64,000 bases of DNA from Oopsacas minuta (taxonomy: Eukaryota > Animalia > Porifera), in NCBI GenBank assembly GCA_024704765.1, contig JAKMXF010000177.1:568963-632962 (forward strand), given 5' to 3'. Below the pieces are notes generated by a model. It did not search any database and was not told the origin of the DNA. It saw only the letters and a program-made list of their open reading frames with translations. The translations under genes were made by a program, and so were the position numbers. Within the stretch, counting starts at the first letter, position 1; each line of letters starts with the position of its first letter. Of the stretch, positions 61,501-64,000 are shown one piece after another.

Positions 61501-62358
61501 CTCCCACATGTTATTACAGTCATATGTATACACATTATCTCCTATACCATCAATACATAATCCCCCATCTTGGCAAGGAGTACCCAAGCAAGGAAGGTAT
61601 TGGCTCTCGCATACAGTACCCAAATAATCAACAGCACAAATACAAGCACTACAATCTGTCCAAGTTGTTCCATTCTGGCCGATTAAATCACAGTTTGAGC
61701 AGTCAGGACCTGATCTATTCGGAGCACATAACACAAGTAGACTCAATATTATACACACAGTTCAAAGGACACATGGCACACACATTCCATCGAGACTATA
61801 TGAGCAACACTCTGATGCAGACTGTCTGTAGCAATAGCCTAATGAGGTATTAACACCAGCTCTAAGACAATCATCATGGCATTCCATACAACCGTACATA
61901 TCACTAGAGAATGGAGAGAAGTTAAGATTACATTCATAACAATCTACACGCAAATAAGAAGAATTTAGAAATACAGGGGGGTTATTAGGTACAGAAATAG
62001 TACCAGTGGTATTATCAACTATCCATATCCCCACGTTACAAATCAAAGACAATCGTGCATAGTAGTTCGCGTCATCTTCTATTACCAAGGTTAGGAAAAT
62101 GTAGGTATACTTAGATGTATCATTCTGGTCTCTTACTGAACAGCTGTGATAGGAATCTACCATTGTAGGGGAGCCTCCTAATACTAACCCAATTGAAAAA
62201 CCCTCTTTCATAGAATCATCTGGGAAATCACATTCAGCTGATGCTTGTAGACATGTGATGGATAGTAAAAGTATAAGAAAATACTTCAAAACGAGTCTGA
62301 TGTTTTGAGTCAAACAAAAATCAACTAATATAAGAACACTAGTTATAAAAACCGGCAT
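58538..62358 (-). pseudogene. Disrupted multi-EGF / HRM-like single-pass membrane receptor
   Basis: Eight consecutive minus-strand ORF pieces in shifting frames: signal-like LKYFLILLLSITCLQASA, Cys-rich/furin-like segment, many EGF units (CLNGG..C, CIPDPCVNGLC, DINEC calcium-binding EGF), HRM-like segment 59862-60041, TM ~58960-59060, Tyr-containing tail. No convincing introns explain the shifts. Confidence 0.8.
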
Positions 62359-62600
62359 AATTATGGAGATCTGAAAACAATTTTCAGTACACCTCGAAGT
62401 ATATCAGCTGATATACTTCCAGAAATTGTAAGTGCGCTGCATGCCTAGTAATAGTTAATTCAATCAAATAGCAGGATATTTCCTTTAAATACAAAAAATA
62501 ATACATGCAAAATATAGTACAGCATGATAAATATTACAAACAAGTTCTCTAGTAAACAATACACACAAGTTCTTTAGTAAATATGCACAAAGGAGCAGGT

Positions 62601-63470
62601 TTAACTGGAGGAGAGAGAAATAGAAACGTATTCGTCACCTTTTGAAGGTGCTGTGCGATGAAAGTCAATAAAGGTGTGAAAAAACGCAGGTAGTGTTTCT
62701 GCAGATAGTTGGTACTCTACAATAATCCTTACGGACAGACAAGCTAGTCTTAAAGCTGGGGTAGATACAGCAATGAATGTGTTCAGTACATTTTCATTTT
62801 TAAGAAAATACTTTGATTTCATAATAGAATGGAAAATAGGTTCATCTCTTGTTAATGGATGAAATAATAGCTGCAGTGCTTCTAACATCACAGGATTTCT
62901 ATAAACGACAGACTCGAAAGTAGTGAAAGATGGAAATTTCTCCAACCAAATATCAAGAAAAGTTAATACCCCCTTCAAACACTTATGATACGAAACGTTC
63001 ATATTAGTTTCTATGCCTTTCAGCAAAACATTATACCTTGTGTATATACACTTGAAATATGCAGCAAACCTTTCCATTGTCATAACATCAGTATTGAACG
63101 CTGGCAATAGTGTATCTACCTGATGCAAGAGCACTTCAAATTCATTGACAGATGCTTGTGTTGGCATCCAATTTGTCTTTACGACAGCTTGTAATAGCTG
63201 ATACAATAGCTTACAACATCTCCAATAATACACAAAACCTTCACTATACAAATGGGTGGTTAATCTATTCTTAACATCACAAGATGTATAGTATAATGGC
63301 CCGAATACTCTCTCGCTTATTAGCACACACTGAATGAGGTAGTTTTTCTGTGAAATATTATAAAAATCACTTAATGCTCTAACTTCCTGTACACCCACGT
63401 ATAAATCTATAGCTGGTTTCCCGGGATAACCTAAATTGTGTATTTCTCTCAATTCAAGCACTATCCTCAA
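62601..63470 (-). pseudogene. Orphan 289-codon open frame, probably the 3' part of a disrupted gene entering from the window end
   Basis: Long stop-free helical-looking frame with no upstream in-frame ATG; another open frame runs from 64000 to ~63806 and breaks inside the tandem duplication. No family recognised. Confidence 0.45.
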
Positions 63471-63500
63471 GCTTCAGTTACTTTAGAAGAAGGATAATCC

Positions 63501-63884
63501 CCGAATCTCTCTATCCCTTTGACTAACCACATATCAACTTCACATTCCAGAGTACATTCAGGCTGTTTAGCTTGAGATAATCCATTGCATATTCATTGTG
63601 ACATTTGGTAGCTACAAATAAATGACAGGGGGTTGATACACCTCTGGTACTGTGTAGTAAGGTATAGGAGGAGATGGAGATTGGGCTCTATGATCACCGA
63701 ATCTCTCTATCCCTCTGACTAACCACATATCAACTTCACATTCCAGAGTACATTCAGGCTGTTTACTGAGATAATCCATTGCATATTCATTGTGACATTT
63801 GGTAGCTACAAATAAATGACAGGGGGTTGATACACCTCTGGTACTGTGTAGTAAGGTATAGGAGGAGATGGAGATTGGGCTCTA
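63501..63884. repeat. Near-identical tandem duplication, period 196 bp
   Basis: 63501-63690 and 63697-63884, separated by TGATCA; they differ only by a substitution and a small indel. Confidence 0.95.
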
Positions 63885-64000
63885 CATGGCCAGATGATAT
63901 TAGTTTCGACGTGGATTAATCGATTGAATAACTTCTGGGATTTTTGTTCTATTGTTATGTGTACTAAGTCTATTCCTGCAGCTGTTGTCTGACTGAGATC

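Noticed and set aside
63501-63884. Direct repeats as a CRISPR array
   Set aside because: Two long adjacent copies without unique spacers, no cas genes, eukaryotic context. The same applies to the 21-bp pair near 21295-21350 and the CATGGATAT arrays.

Overview
AT-rich eukaryotic (metazoan) genomic DNA with GT-AG introns. The gene families (NHL-propeller expansion, Eph-like intronless RTK, RNF213) suggest a sponge, but this is inference. The supplied ORF track uses prokaryotic starts and ignores splicing, so many of its starts and ends are not real. Bases 1-30672 carry the 3' part of an RNF213 (mysterin)-like gene. I reconstructed 23 phase-consistent exons (7146 nt, 2381 aa + stop). This protein appears to lack the RING finger but keeps an intact RZ finger. 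Its 9-kb intron 10 holds a three-level nest of DNA transposons: a TGT..ACA foldback, inside it a THAP/P-superfamily element with 7-bp TSD, and inside that a hAT/SPIN-like element with 8-bp TSD. Intron 15 holds a near-intact DD41D mariner. Downstream lie mostly intronless genes: a small-ectodomain receptor tyrosine kinase, a CARD + PxQxS + tail-anchor protein with MAVS-like architecture, a myristoylation-motif NHL propeller, a stand-alone septin/AIG1-like GTPase, an NHL pseudogene, SF3B6, SAS-6 (3 exons, with a 58-bp hairpin in intron 1), a coiled-coil-NHL gene, hAT/MULE-like elements, a decayed EGF-HRM single-pass receptor whose ORF ends inside a hAT terminus, and an orphan disrupted ORF with a 196-bp tandem duplication. 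No rRNA, tRNA or CRISPR array was recognised. Comparisons to known proteins are from memory; no database search was run.
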